Notes: generated by a model from the letters alone, not told the origin. A DNA stretch of 64,000 bases from Podarcis liolepis (GCA_965112155.1 OZ218110.1); one strand, 5' to 3'; positions 24,601 through 37,058 are shown, counted from the stretch's first letter. Made by a program: numbers and translations.

Positions 24601-27600
24601 GCGGGGCGCTAAGTCCCGCCCCACTCGGGATGGCGGCAGAGAGCTGCCTGCGTCGCGGGACCGCAGGCAGGTCTCTGCCGCCATCCCGAGCGGGGCGCTA
24701 AGTCCCGCCCCGCTCGGGATGGCGGCAGAGAGCTGCCTGCCGTCGCGGGACCGCTGGCAGGTCTACGCCGCCATCCCGAGCGGGGCGCTAAGTACCGCCC
24801 CGCTCAGGATGGTGGCAGAGAGCTGCCTGCCGTCGCGGGACCGCTGGCAGGTCTACGCCGCCATCCCGAGCGGGGTGCTAAGTACCGCCCCGCTCAGGAT
24901 GGTGGCAGAGAGCTGCCTGCCGTCGCGGGACCGCAGGCAGGTCTCAGCCGCCATCCCGAGCGGGGCGCTAAGACCCGCCCTGCTCAGGATGGCGGCACAG
25001 AGCTGCCTGCCCTCCCGGGACTGGTGCACTTCTCCCCATCGCCAGCCCCACAAGCTCGGGGGACAGCGGGGAGGCAGAGCGTGCCTTCCCACTGTTCCCC
25101 GACCTGGTTCTTCCAGCCCCGCACCTGGGGGGGAAATAAATTTTTTTTTCTTTATTTCCCCCCCAAAAAACTAGGTGCGTCTTATGGGCCGGAGCGTCTT
25201 ATGGGGCGCAAAATACGGTATACTGAATTTTCTGAACAACTGAACACCACAAGGGTGTTTGTCTGAATATCTTATTGTCAGTACATTTTAAAGGCTCTAT
25301 ACATGATGTCTCTTACCTGTCTGGTTGGAAATCTTCCATTCTGGACATAAGACGCAATCATAGCAGCAAAATGGTTTCCCTTCCTTCTTTGTTTTTTGAT
25401 AACCCAAAGGACAATTGGCATTACAAAGAGAAAGAGGCTGGGCCTGTCCACAAATGAAAGAGGATCATGGTTTCTTTTTTTGCAATATTGTGTGTCCACA
25501 ATGTATACTTGATGAACGATCTCCTTGAACTGCTGCATTACCAGCACCAAACCTGGGCAGTGTATATGGAGGTCCTGGGTTACCCAGACAAAAAGACATC
25601 CTTCTTGACCTCACTGATGTGGTCCAAAGGAAAGCAGAGCAATATGTCGCAGATTTGGGTAGGGAAAGGAAACGAGCAAGCCCCGTTGTGATAAAAGGAA
25701 TCCTTAGGCTGCCTTCCCCTACATGAATATGGCCCTCTGTAAATTTATCAATTTTTAATTTTTTACAGGTGGTAAATTTGGTGATTGTAGTGCAATAATG
25801 GATTTAATGAATGTCACTTAATTGGCAAAACATGGAAGATCTCTACAGCCATGCCCTCACTCCTACACCAAGCACATGGATGAACAAAGCACAGAGCTAG
25901 GTCAGTATTGAACTGTGAATCATTGTAGAAGTGAAGGATAGGCTACAAAATATGAATTTATCTCACCTGGTTAAACCTGCTGGGCCACACAATGGCTTCT
26001 TCACAAATTCTGAACACTTCTTCTTGGGGAGCCATGGGGTCGATCTTTCCAACTTTCACTCTCCGAAAGGACTGGTTTGGAAATGTGACCCAGTTTATAA
26101 TATCAAATCCAGACTCTAACTCTCCATTTTGGTTGAAGGAAACTTTCCCCCCACCACTATTATTAAATGAGATGCTTTTAACAAAGTGGTTGAGCTGTTT
26201 GGGGAGAAAGAATAGGTAGAATTAGAGAGGAATTAAAAGAAAGCAAATTCATAAGAATATACAAAAGGCTGGTGATCACTCGCAATTGATTACTGAACTG
26301 TTTAAAAGCTTTATACCAAGGAAGAATGGATACAGAGAGAGGAAGAGCCCGATAGGCCACCTTGAGCTTATTGCAGGAACGTTGAGAGATACGTATAACA
26401 ATAAACAGATCCAGTAATAAACTACAATAGTAAAATGTAACAGTGGTACTAATGAAGGAAGTGACTGGGCAGGAGTGGAGCAGGTCAGAATGGTATAGCA
26501 ACTTTTACATTTATAACCGTGATGTGGTGGAAGGTAGAAGCAGGAAAAAATCCTGCTCCATGCTTATTATTATGAGCTTTTGGACTTTCCAGAGAATCTA
26601 GATTCTCTGCTTATTCCTTTGCATCTGGTGAGCAGTGGAGATTAGACATGGAAGAAATTGGATAGCTATGACTATATACTTGCTCCAGAAAAAGGGGCAT
26701 CGTCTCTCTGAACACCAGACTGTTGGGAGTGGCCTATTGCCATAATGTCATGATTGAACACTTCCCACAGGTATCAAGTTGGCTGCCTTGGGAAACCTTT
26801 CAACTGATCCATCACCTTTTCTACTCTGCTTTTAGCATGCTTGGGACATTACCGTCCACAACTGCTCATTCTGAAATGTTATTCCTTCATCCACTGTCAT
26901 TCTGCCTTTGAGTCTAGATGGGTGCATGGCATGCAAAGCATGTGCAACCACATAGACTTCTATGTAGACATTGTAGTTGTAGGGTGCGGGACCTACAGGT
27001 ATTGGCTATGTTTGCTGGGAATATGGGTGTTGCAGTTCAGAAACATCTGGAGGGAGGGCTGAAGGTTCCCCATCCCTGCCTTAGGACTAGAGACATGTGT
27101 CTGGAGTCAAAGCTGGTTCAACCTGCTGGGCCATACAATGGCATCCTCATGAATGGTGCACTTTCCCCAGGGGTCTTGTGGACCATTTTGGTTAAAATAA
27201 ACTCTCCCCCCCAGACTATTATTATAGAAGCTATTTAAGGAAGCTTTTAATGTTTGATGGATAACTGTATTTTAATATTTTGGTGGAAGCTGCCCAGAGT
27301 GGCTGTGGAAGCCCAGCCAGATGGGCGGGGTATAAAAAATAAATTATATTATTATTATTATTATTTCTCACCAAACAACTAAGCAAATTGGACAGGGGGA
27401 AAGTGCTGGAAGATTCCATTACACCTTTAGTTGCAGGCATGAGATTATTACGTGTCACATGTCTGTTTACATTTCAGCACAGTTTGCTGGCGTAAGTAGA
27501 ACTTCTGCTGTACTTCTTTTGTTTTGACTCTCTCTCCGAGAAGACGGCAAGGAAAGATGACATGTTTCTTTGTTCTGATTTATGAAAAATAAATCTGTAG

Positions 27601-30600
27601 TTGTAGTATGTACCCAAAGCCTCTTCTGTTTGTGCGGTTTACACTGCTACGTATTGTGCGCTCGTCAGCTAGCTTGAGTCGCTAATTTATATCAGAGCCA
27701 GAGCTTGATGGGTCTTCGCAGTGTGAAGGCTGAGAGGGAAATGAACCAGCTGGGGGCTAGCCAGCTGGCCTTTCAGCCCCTGGATGCCGACAGAAACATG
27801 GGGAAAGAAGGGTATTTCATAAGAAAATATAACAGGTTGATGATGAACTTTCGTTCTTGGGGATATGAGCAATGGACCCTTCAAAAGATTCATAAAGACC
27901 AGTAATGGATGCAATAGAAGTCATTGAGCATTACATCACCATCATCTTCCTTTGACAAAAAAGGATGCTGGACTAGATGGGCCAATGTCCTGGTCCAGCA
28001 GCATCTTCTTATGGCCTTAAGTAAGTAAATGCAGAACAATTACCTCTTGTGTACTCTCTTTCTCTACGTACATATGGGCATTTAATTTCAGTAAGGTTTT
28101 TTTTTAATAAGATCTTTTCATGAAGAATAATGAGAGAGAGAGAGGGAGGGAGGGAGGGAGGGGGAGGGAGGGAGGGAGGGAGGGAGAGGGAGGGAGGGAG
28201 GGAGGGAGAAAAATCTTTCTGAAGAAGCTGCCATTTGGCCTTAAATGGAAACTTCTGGTGTAATCTCCTATTAGTAAGAATAAAGGGCTAGCCCCATTCA
28301 GTGTGAGCCAGTCACAGCCCTGAGTGTGGTCCCTAGAACAGATTCACACAACAGTGAGCTATGCTTTCAATATCACATGTAATTTGGTCTTTAGATGCTA
28401 ACCACCCTTGGTAGAAACAGAAACTTTTCAAACACTCTGGATTCTTCCTTTTTATTATTATTCCCAGGGCTATGGTGAGCATTCCTGCATTATTGTAATC
28501 ATGATATTACCTTCCACATCTGTTGATTCCAAAGCTTCAGCCGTCCTTCATCCACTCTGCGCTTGAATTTAGATGAATGCATGGCATGCACAGCATGTGC
28601 CACAGCATAGACTGCATTGTAGATGCTATAGCTGTGGCCAGTCATGCTTGTTGGAAAAATAGAGCCAGGAAGAGTCTCCAGCTTCTCCTCCCCAGTGCAA
28701 ATATCTCCATCCTGCATATTTCCCTCAGAGTCAGGGAAATGACACTGAAATGCCTTTTCCCAGTATATCCTCATAAAGCCATCTTCTTTTTCCAAGATGG
28801 GATTTCTCATCTGAACAAATTCCTGGAATCCCAAGACCTCCTCTGAGTGAATTGTGAAGGATAGAGTACCATGGAGGAAGTCTATGTCCTGATCTCTCTG
28901 ATAGGGAAGTGATGTGAAATCCATCTGAACTGTCATGACCCAAACTTTGCCTTTAGCCTTTATTGGTATATCTTCATATTCTGACATAGCAGGAAACATT
29001 CTTAAAAGTGTCATGGAATCAATTTCTCCATGAATGATCAACACATTAACAGTACTTCTCATGGCAACATTAAATGTCTTGAGCCCATCTGCAACTACGT
29101 CCGTAATACCATTAGCATAAGTCATTGTTGGAAATCTTCCTATGAAATCAAAGCAGATTCCTCTCAGAATAAATTTTGGAACCACACTCTGTAGAAACCT
29201 CTCTCCATTCTCATTATCTGCAATCAATACACCAGTCCATAGCCATCTGAAGTGTAGCAGTAACATGAGAATCCCTTCATATTGATGGTCTATACTTGGA
29301 AACATTTGGTTAAGGAAAGCAACTTCATTTTTATTATTTCTCATTGGAGCAGGACCATAGATGAGCTAAATCAAAGATAGGAAATGAGGAGATGAGAAAT
29401 TTTGTTTAAGTGCACAGTGGTTTTCTATGTTAACTTGTATTGGCTGCAGTGAAAATACAATCTAGATTTCAGATTTTGTTTTGAGGGAGTGCTGCTGACA
29501 TGGGATCTTGTCCAGGTTTTCCTCAAACTTAAGAGACCATTAAAGAATGAGCAATCCACAAAACATAGAAAAATGTTCTCACCAATGAAATTGTAGTAGC
29601 ACAAAGTATATGCTGGTCGAGGGTTGTGGCAATCTACTCAAGGAATAATTGTCAGTTACCTTTCATGGTAGTGCCATGTCTTACATTACAATGGTGAAAC
29701 AGGACTTCCACCATCTTCCATTGTAGGATGAGAACTCCCATCATCTATGAGCACATTGCCCTTGCTGGCTGGAGCTGATGAAAGTTGGATTTCAATAACA
29801 TCTGCAGGACACCTTACTGTAGTCCCTCAGGCAGCTTATTTCAATTAGTTGTATTAAAATATCTATCCAGCTCCTCACCATTTATTTCCAAGTCAGTTAA
29901 TAACATTCTGTATTAAGCAACAAGGAGAAAAAGCAAATGAAAAAGAACTGACAAAGGATCAACAGAGTAACAGTTGTGAAGTGGCAACTGATCGTCGGCA
30001 CCTGCAAAGTGCTAGGTTTCTGCCTGAAAAGAAGACCCAATGGTCTGGGTAGTTTCTAACAGGAGAGGTGCTCTGAGAGAATGATACCTGTGGAATCCTG
30101 TAGTTGCTCAGTATACTTGCCATATGAAGACAAACCTCAGAGTTCGGACCTCCAATGACTGCTGCTAGTTCATTCTGGGAGTCACACTTGTAGTTGGGGA
30201 TGAATCTGCTGTACGTAGAGAGGAGTTCCAAGGAGGAACGATAGGTCCAGCTGGCACTGAAATGGCTGTTATAGATGTGGAAGCCCAGGGTGAGGTTGGG
30301 TAAGATTTGGAGGTTTGCATTGATCTCCTTTACAGCAAATACTAATGCCAGGATATGTTGGTAGAGCTGTGTCATAACCCTGAAATGAGAGTTACATGCT
30401 ATAACACAGTGTGTTTCCTTCTCGGTAGGAAAATTTCTACACTTCAGCTGCCCCAATACTATCTTACTGATCAATCTGAATTCAGGTAAATCTGGAGGAA
30501 TATTAACATGCACATGTTCCAGCTCTAAACTATGGTGTTTAAATCTAGTTATTTTTAAATTAAATTTCTATACAACGTTGTTCATCCAAGGATCATAGTG

Positions 30601-31685
30601 CACTTTAAAACATAAAAACACAAAAAATGATGTACAGATGGTATTTAGCACCAGTGAAGTTAGCAAAAATGCATCATACTCATGATAATAAATGCTGGAA
30701 ATGCAAAGAAAAAGAAGGAACCATTTACCACATGTGGTGGACGTGCCCCAAGGTAAAAGACTTCTGGGAAAGGATTTATAATGAGCTGCAAAAAGTATTG
30801 AAAAACACATTTATTAAGAAACCAGAAGCCTTTTTACTTGGAATAGTGGGGTCGAAATCCCCAAAAAGGATATTACTTTTTTTCTGTATGCCACAACAGC
30901 TGCGAGAATATTGCTAGCCAAGAATTGGAAGAAAGAAGATTTACCAACTATCGAAGAATGGCAGATGAAGATGATGGACTATATGGAACTTGCGGAACTG
31001 ACTGGGAGACTCTGAGACCAGAGAGAAGAGATGGTGGAAGAAGATTGGAAGAAGTTTGAGGAATAGTTGAAAAAATATGTTAATATTTAAATCTTAGAAT
31101 AGCTTTGGAAGTGAATATAGGCTGTAGGGGGTAGAAGTAGCAGATGGCGTATTTTAAAATATTATTATTTGTAAGTGAAATGTGAAGATTTTTGTGTGAT
31201 AAAAAAATGGTTAGAAATTATGATATATGTAAACTGCTAAAGATGAGGTAAAATGAAAATCAGATAGGTGGGACTTGGGGAAGCCCTCCTTACAACGTTT
31301 AGAAAAAAGAAGGATAAGACAAGGATCTGCTTGTATTGTTTGTTTTTCTGTTTGTGTTGTTTATTTGTGTTATAAAATGCATAAATTTTTTTAAAAAAGA
31401 AATACAAAACAAATCTTACACAATGTCATCAAAGAGGTCATTAGAAGGACATTTATCGAAGTCTATTGCATTGAAAAATATGGAGATCTGAGACATAATA
31501 CCAGCAACGATGAGGACTCCTGGTTGGTAATACTTGTGAAGAAAAGGAAGGGGACTGCAGATGCTGCACTTAGTGTTAGGAATCTTGCACATCACCTGAA
31601 GCAGAAGCACTGATGGCAATAGTACAAATCCAACTATCTTGCAGGAAATAATTCCTCTTCTACCTAAATTCTCCTGTCCCCACAT
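21660..31685 (-). CDS. Vomeronasal type-2 receptor gene C, complete, ~889 aa. Exons: 31685-31420, 30379-30088, 29365-28511, 26194-25967, 25443-25317, 22561-21660
   Basis: Same exon sizes and splice sites as A and B, with open frames; close paralog of both. Confidence 0.95.
23390..23785. repeat. GC-rich tandem array 1, 89-bp unit, ~4.5 copies
   Basis: CAGAGCTGCC recurs at 23478, 23567, 23656 and 23745. Confidence 0.92.
23786..25020. repeat. GC-rich tandem array 2, 89/90-bp unit, ~14 copies
   Basis: GCCGCCATCCC recurs at 23872, 23961, 24050, 24140 and onward; each unit has two inverted repeats. Confidence 0.95.
27225..27364 (+). mobile_element. Short LINE (L2/CR1-like) 3' end with (ATT)n tail
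   Basis: GGAAGCTGCCCAGAGTGGCTG...CCCAGCCAGATGGGCGGGGTATAAA; interrupts the relic exon 4 in gene C. Confidence 0.7.
30624..31402 (+). mobile_element. L1/Tx1-type LINE 3' fragment (ORF2 C-terminal CCHC region, 3' UTR, A-rich tail)
   Basis: [19 protein letters not shown] zinc knuckle with frameshift and stops; homologous to the copy at 36003-37058. Confidence 0.85.
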
Positions 31686-33349
31686 TATTTTTCAGTAATT
31701 CCTTTGCTGTGTTGGGCAGCTTAACTTAAGTCCACACTACACTGATTTGTGAGTCAGATTGTGCAGTGTAGAGCATCTGTTATCAGCCTGACCAATCTCT
31801 GACTATCTCTTGTTACACCTTGGAATTGTACCGGCAATATTCACAGCACCCTCCTATCTTCATTGATAATAATGCAACTCATATTTGCAGCTTCCTTGAT
31901 ATGTGGAAACAAAGCTTCTATGCTTAATTTCATAATTACAGAGAGGATAATAATATCATTGAGATTTACAGGCATTTAGATGTAATGGCTGCAATCATCC
32001 AGCTCATGTGATCATCTAATGGTGTTATGGGAATTATTAGTCCAAGATAGTGCAATTTGTAGCAGGAAACTAGGTGGATGTAACTATAGTAGTTAGGAGC
32101 AGATGGTATTTATACTCTCATCTTTGTACAAGCAGGGACCTTTGAGCAAATACCATGCTAGATGCATTACACTTGAAAGTGAAGTTGTGGTTCGAGGACC
32201 CGACCCCGGTGAAGTGAAATGAAGACACAAGGACACGTGATATATGGTTAATGGGCTAGAGAAAGGCCACAACTTTATTGGTTACAGCATTTGAAAAGGT
32301 ATTGGCTTAGGCATTGGATCGAAACAAGTGGGTTCTTCACCAGTAGGTGGAGCCTGTCGATGCTGATCCGACTATAGGCTCACCCCTGCTGTCACCGAGG
32401 GTCGTGCCAAGGCCTCCCGCCAAGCAGGCATCGGACGGAATACACGACCCCCAGATTCCTTTAACGGAATACCCCTAAAAATTGAAGGCATAGGCGATGG
32501 CCACACCTAGCACTTCCACACAGCGCAACACATTATTCCAATGCCTAACCTACCCACCAATACCACAAAAAAGTTGTGACGATTGCTACGAGGTAGGCGA
32601 AAAAACCAATTAGCCTAGTGCCAAATGGAAAAACTCCTACCAGGCCCCCCAGCCAACCAGGGCGACCAACCTAAGGTCCATAGCAAGGCCGAAAAAACCT
32701 GAGCCCTAACTAAAGGGAGTGGAGGGTGGATGACTCGTGAGGGGCGAAGGAAGGAAGAATGAGGCCGGGCGAAGGCTGGCGCTGCAGCAAAATGCTGCTG
32801 AACACGCCCCCACCGTGGCCCCCGGTTGGATGGCCACCGAGGGGCGTGAGCGCCAGCCAGGTGAGTGGGCAGCAGGGGGCCACGCCCCCTGCTAGCCGGA
32901 GCTCGAGCCCCGACCACAACCCCTCCCCTCCCCTTCGGGGAGGAGAGTCTTTGTGGTTCGAGGACCCGACCCCGGTGAAGTGAAATGAAGACACAAGGAC
33001 ACGTGATATATGGTTAATGGGCTAGAGAAAGGCCACAACTTTATTGGTTACAGCATTTGAAAAGGTATTGGCTTAGGCATTGGATCGAAACAAGTGGGTT
33101 CTTCACCAGTAGGTGGAGCCTGTCGATGCTGATCCGACTATAGGCTCACCCCTGCTGTCACCGAGGGTCGTGCCAAGGCCTCCCACCAAGCAGGCATCGG
33201 ACGGAATACACGACCCCCAGATTCCTTTAACGGAATACCCCTAAAAATTGAAGGCATAGGCGATGGCCACACCTAGCACTTCCACACAGCGCAACACATT
33301 ATTCCAATGCCTAACCGCCACCCGAGCTAAAGGCTCGCCGCCAATACCC

Positions 33350-34006
33350 TCAAAGCTGCAACCAATCCCAGATGTTTCTAATGACACTAGCTAACCAAAA
33401 ATCATTCCCCAGATCCGATAGATGGACACCGTCATCCCGGTATAAGGCCTTGTCGCTAATCCGGATACGGTCATGGTAAATCACTCGGCCATCCGTAAAG
33501 CGCACCCAACGGGCTACCGCCCGATTTACGAGTTTCCTGGTTCTTTCAATGGCCATCAAGTTTTGCGCACCGCGCCACACAGTTCTTTTCAGGAAGGAGG
33601 ACCAGAATACTGTCGTTCTGGGACACAAGGCAGCGAATGCATTCAAGTCTCTTTTTATGCTTGACAACAAGTCCACACTCCTTTTGTTGACAAGGTCATT
33701 CTCCCCTAAATGAATCACCAGGACATCGGGAGAGCCGAGCTTGGCTACTTTCTCCCGCAGCAAAGGCATCAGTTCTTCCCAACGCATGCCTCTTCTCGAA
33801 AACCAGGAAACTCGAACATCACGTGGCAGACCAAGGTTGGGTGCCAGGCCGCAGCTCACCGCTCGCACGCGGGCCCAATGGACAATGCTGTGACCGCAAA
33901 TCCACACGTTTCTTCCGGGAATAGCTAGGAATAAAGATAGAACAAAAGGAAGGGTAAGCAGACTAAGGGGTAGGCGCAAGGTTGCGAATATACGACTTAT
34001 AAACAT
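33350..34006 (-). CDS. SGNH/GDSL-type hydrolase ORF of the Ngaro-type element
   Basis: Blocks VWICGHS, RRG, HLGENDL, DGVH. A hydrolase ORF after YR is known in vertebrate Ngaro elements. Confidence 0.85.
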   Translation of the reverse strand: MFISRIFATLRLPLSLLTLPFVLSLFLAIPGRNVWICGHSIVHWARVRAVSCGLAPNLGLPRDVRVSWFSRRGMRWEELMPLLREKVAKLGSPDVLVIHLGENDLVNKRSVDLLSSIKRDLNAFAALCPRTTVFWSSFLKRTVWRGAQNLMAIERTRKLVNRAVARWVRFTDGRVIYHDRIRISDKALYRDDGVHLSDLGNDFWLASVIRNIWDWLQL

Positions 34007-34628
34007 TGGATTTCCACCGGCCCAACTCTTTTATCCTTTCTGCCGGCAACCCTAGGTGCGCGGCCGTGGTGGCGGCCCCGATCCTGAACGAATGTGCAGC
34101 GTACTCATGGGGGGGTAGGCCACAGGCTTCAATAGCCTTGCGCATTACTCTAGTGAATTGGTACCTCAACAGGGGAGACCCATCCTCGTGTATCAGGAAC
34201 GGTCCCGGGACGGCTGGTCTAAGGCGGAGAAACCGCCTCGTGTCCTTCACCGGACATGGGCCCTGCTGGGCCGACGCCGTGAGCTTGAGCAGGACACCCT
34301 TGCCAGTCTGATCGGTCTTGGACTGACGCACCAGTACTGACAAAGCAGATTCGGATAGCTGTACATCCTCAACCAGGAGGCCGCGAGTTAAACCCCGCGC
34401 ACTAGCTTCACAGACAACCTCACCAACTCTGAGCGCACCAAAAAAGGCTATAGCGTAAGCCGCAGAGAAGAGCCGTGCCTCAAACTTAGACCAACAAATT
34501 GTCCTGAGCTTTACACGTATCTGAGATAGCAATCCATAAGAAATAGGCTTACGACCAACGGTCCTGGGCGGTTGCAACCTGCCCCAACCTTCAATGGCTC
34601 TACGAATCAGGAAGAGGGAGAATACCAT
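33963..34628 (-). CDS. Tyrosine recombinase catalytic domain of the Ngaro-type element
   Basis: FFGALRVGE, SKTDQ, HSFRIGAAT, LGRWKS...SYIR give the R-K-H-R-W-Y catalytic set. Confidence 0.9.
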   Translation of the reverse strand: MVFSLFLIRRAIEGWGRLQPPRTVGRKPISYGLLSQIRVKLRTICWSKFEARLFSAAYAIAFFGALRVGEVVCEASARGLTRGLLVEDVQLSESALSVLVRQSKTDQTGKGVLLKLTASAQQGPCPVKDTRRFLRLRPAVPGPFLIHEDGSPLLRYQFTRVMRKAIEACGLPPHEYAAHSFRIGAATTAAHLGLPAERIKELGRWKSNVYKSYIRNLAPTP

Positions 34629-36002
34629 TAAGTTAGGAGCGCCCGTCAGCTGTTGGGCGGCTGAACGCGGCCGGCGGCAGCGAAAAGGCAGCGCTCGGAA
34701 GGGCTGTAGCCCAGACTCGAAGGCAGAAGCAAGCGTCAGCTGTTGAGCGGCAAAGTGGAGAGTTTAAATTGTAGGCTGCAAAGGCGGCAGCAGCCGGATG
34801 GTTCTAATTGCTGCAGCCGGATGGTTCTAATTGCTGCTGCTGGGTCGCTGGGAAGGCACAGGGAAACCAAGCCAAACTAATTTAGAAAAGCCACACGGCG
34901 GGGAACGCAGCGGTTCAGCACCCACCACCCACGCGAAAGAAAAGAAGCAACGCAAATACTTCCCTGGCTTCCGATGCGACGGGCTCCAGAGCAGCTGACT
35001 CGTGAGGGGCGAAGGAAGGAAGAATGAGGCCGGGCGAAGGCTGGCGCTGCAGCAAAATGCTGCTGAACACGCCCCCACCGTGGCCCCCGGTTGGATGGCC
35101 ACCGAGGGGGCGTGAGCGCCAGCCAGGTGAGTGGGCAGCAGGGGGCCACGCCCCCTGCTAGCCGGAGCTCGAGCCCCGACCACAACCCCTCCCCTCCCCT
35201 TCGGGGAGGAGAGTCTTTACTTAGCTTGCTCTGTGCAGGTCTCACTGGTATTCACAAACTGACAGATTAATATGATGGTGATGGCAGAAATCCCCTTGAA
35301 AAAATGATGTTTGTGGAGGGAGTTAAATGTTGTTGAAAAACCACCATAAGTTTGTATTCTCTGCAGTCCTGACTTCTGTTCATTTGTTTTTGTTGTGTTT
35401 TTTATAAATTTATTTATTTTCAAATTTACAAATCTACAAACAATCCTCAAGCAACAACAACAACAACAAAAAAGGATTCCATAATTCCCCATGGACTTAT
35501 CTCCTCCCTGTTCTGGGTCCTTTATTAACTTTTTTCTCCTGCATGTTTAAAACCATTTATCCAGGGGTTCTCAACTCTGAGTTAGACCTCAATCTCCTTG
35601 TATTTGTATTGTTACTTTGCACTGTACCTTTAAACTCAACCTCGTTGTTATCAGAATCACCCAGATTTGGCTTTACATGTTTCTCAAAAAATATTGTTAG
35701 TAGCAGTTAGTACATTATTACAAGAGCACTGTTCCACAGCATTTGATATTTTCATTTATATACATTCATTCAAAATAAGATGGGGTATGTACTCTTCTCC
35801 ATTACTGTTTGTATTATAGTTTATAATTTTTGTAAAGTGATATGTCATGCAGGTGATCATCTGTAAAAATTTATTTTCGGTTTATGAAGCTTTCTATATC
35901 CACCCACCACGCTGACGAAGAATTCTCCGAAACAGTAGTCAATATTCGGAATTACTGTTCAGTGTTGGACATCATTCTTGAATACATAAAGCTTCACAGC
36001 TT

Positions 36003-37058
36003 TATGAAATGCTTCCAGGTGGAAAAATCAAAATTAGAAACAGAACTGTTAGAACCTAAAACTAAGACTTTGTCAAAGATGTATAACTTGCTGTTGAAAT
36101 GGAATACTCAGGATGAAACGGTGAAATCTGCTATGATTAAATGGGCACAAGATGTCGGACATAACATTATGTTTGCTGACTGGGAACAGTTGTGGACCAC
36201 AGGTATGAAATTTACGGCATGTAATGCCCTAAGAGAGAATATTATGAAAATGATATACAGGTGGTACATGACACCAGTCAAGCTTGCAAAAATCTATCAT
36301 TTGCCCTATAATAAATGTTGGAAATGTAAAGAAACTGAAGGTACATTCTTTCACCTTTGGTGGACGTGCCCAAGGATTAAGGCTTTCTGGGAGATGATTT
36401 ATAGTGAAATGAAAAAGGTATTTAAATATACCTTCCTGAAGAAACCAGAGGCCTTTCTCCTGGGCATGGTCAGCCAATCGGTGCCAAAGAAGGATAGAAC
36501 TTTCTTTATGTATGCCACAACAGCAGAAAGAGTACTCATCGCAAAGTACTGGAAGACACAAGATCTACCCACCTTGGAAGAATGGCAGATGAAGATGATG
36601 GACTATATGGAACTGGCAGAAATGACTGGCAGAATCCGAGACCAGGGAGAAGAGTCGGTGGAAGAAGATTGGAAAAAATTCAAAGATTATTTACAGAAAC
36701 ACTGTAAAATTAATGAATGTTAGAATGATGTTGGATAGAAACTAAGTGGTCTTTTGCTGTAATGCTATCAGGGAATATGAGAAAATGGTTATTAATAGGT
36801 AAAAAAAATAATGTTATAATATTTAAAAATTGAAGATTAAGATGAATGAAGAGGGGAGGGATTTGCTAAATTAACAATTTGAACTGGCATACAGAAAAGG
36901 AAGGCGTGAGGAGGTCCGGGAAATAAGCAAATGAAAAATATGTGATGGAAAGACTGAACTGTTTTTTAACTATTTTTATTTTGTATTTTTCTTTTTTCTT
37001 TTTCTTTTGTAATTTTTTGAAAATTTTAATAAATATCTTATTAAAAAAACAAAACAAA
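36003..37058 (+). mobile_element. L1/Tx1-type LINE 3' fragment
   Basis: Open ORF2 tail (CWKCKETEGTFFHLWWTC...) to 36723, then 3' UTR, AATAAA and A-rich tail. Confidence 0.87.

Larger units (their letters stand above)
23194..25218. mobile_element. Non-autonomous Tc1/mariner (Tc2/pogo-like, CCGTATTT termini) element with internal tandem arrays
   Basis: TIR CCGTATTTTTCGCCCCATAAGACGC versus GCGTCTTATGGGGCGCAAAATACGG; TA on both sides (23192-93, 25219-20). Absent in intron 5 of A and B. Confidence 0.88.
32187..35218 (-). mobile_element. Ngaro-type (DIRS order) tyrosine-recombinase retrotransposon, internally deleted, with split direct repeats
   Basis: Sense order: A1 (35218-34996), YR, hydrolase, B1 (33316-32953), A2 (32952-32731), spacer, B2 (32550-32187). 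Repeats near-identical; empty site GAAGTT|ACT in paralogs A and B. Confidence 0.92.

Noticed and set aside
23786-25020. CRISPR-like regularly spaced palindromes
   Set aside because: No unique spacers (units are full tandem copies), eukaryotic context, no cas genes.
23111-25174. Many long Pro/Ala/Gly/Arg-rich ORFs on both strands
   Set aside because: By-products of GC-rich 89-bp tandem arrays inside a transposon; open in several frames with no domain.
27430-27693. Possible solo LTR in intron 3 of gene C (AATAAA, CpG-richer, ends ...TATCA)
   Set aside because: Could not identify matching termini or a TSD, and the paralogous sites are deleted, so it is left uncalled.
33350-34628. Phage integrase plus esterase as bacterial contamination or horizontal transfer
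   Set aside because: Enclosed by split direct repeats with a clean empty site in paralogs; fits a Ngaro-type retrotransposon.
35884-36723. 279-aa ORF as a host gene
   Set aside because: It is a LINE ORF2 C-terminus with about 40 codons of chance in-frame flank.
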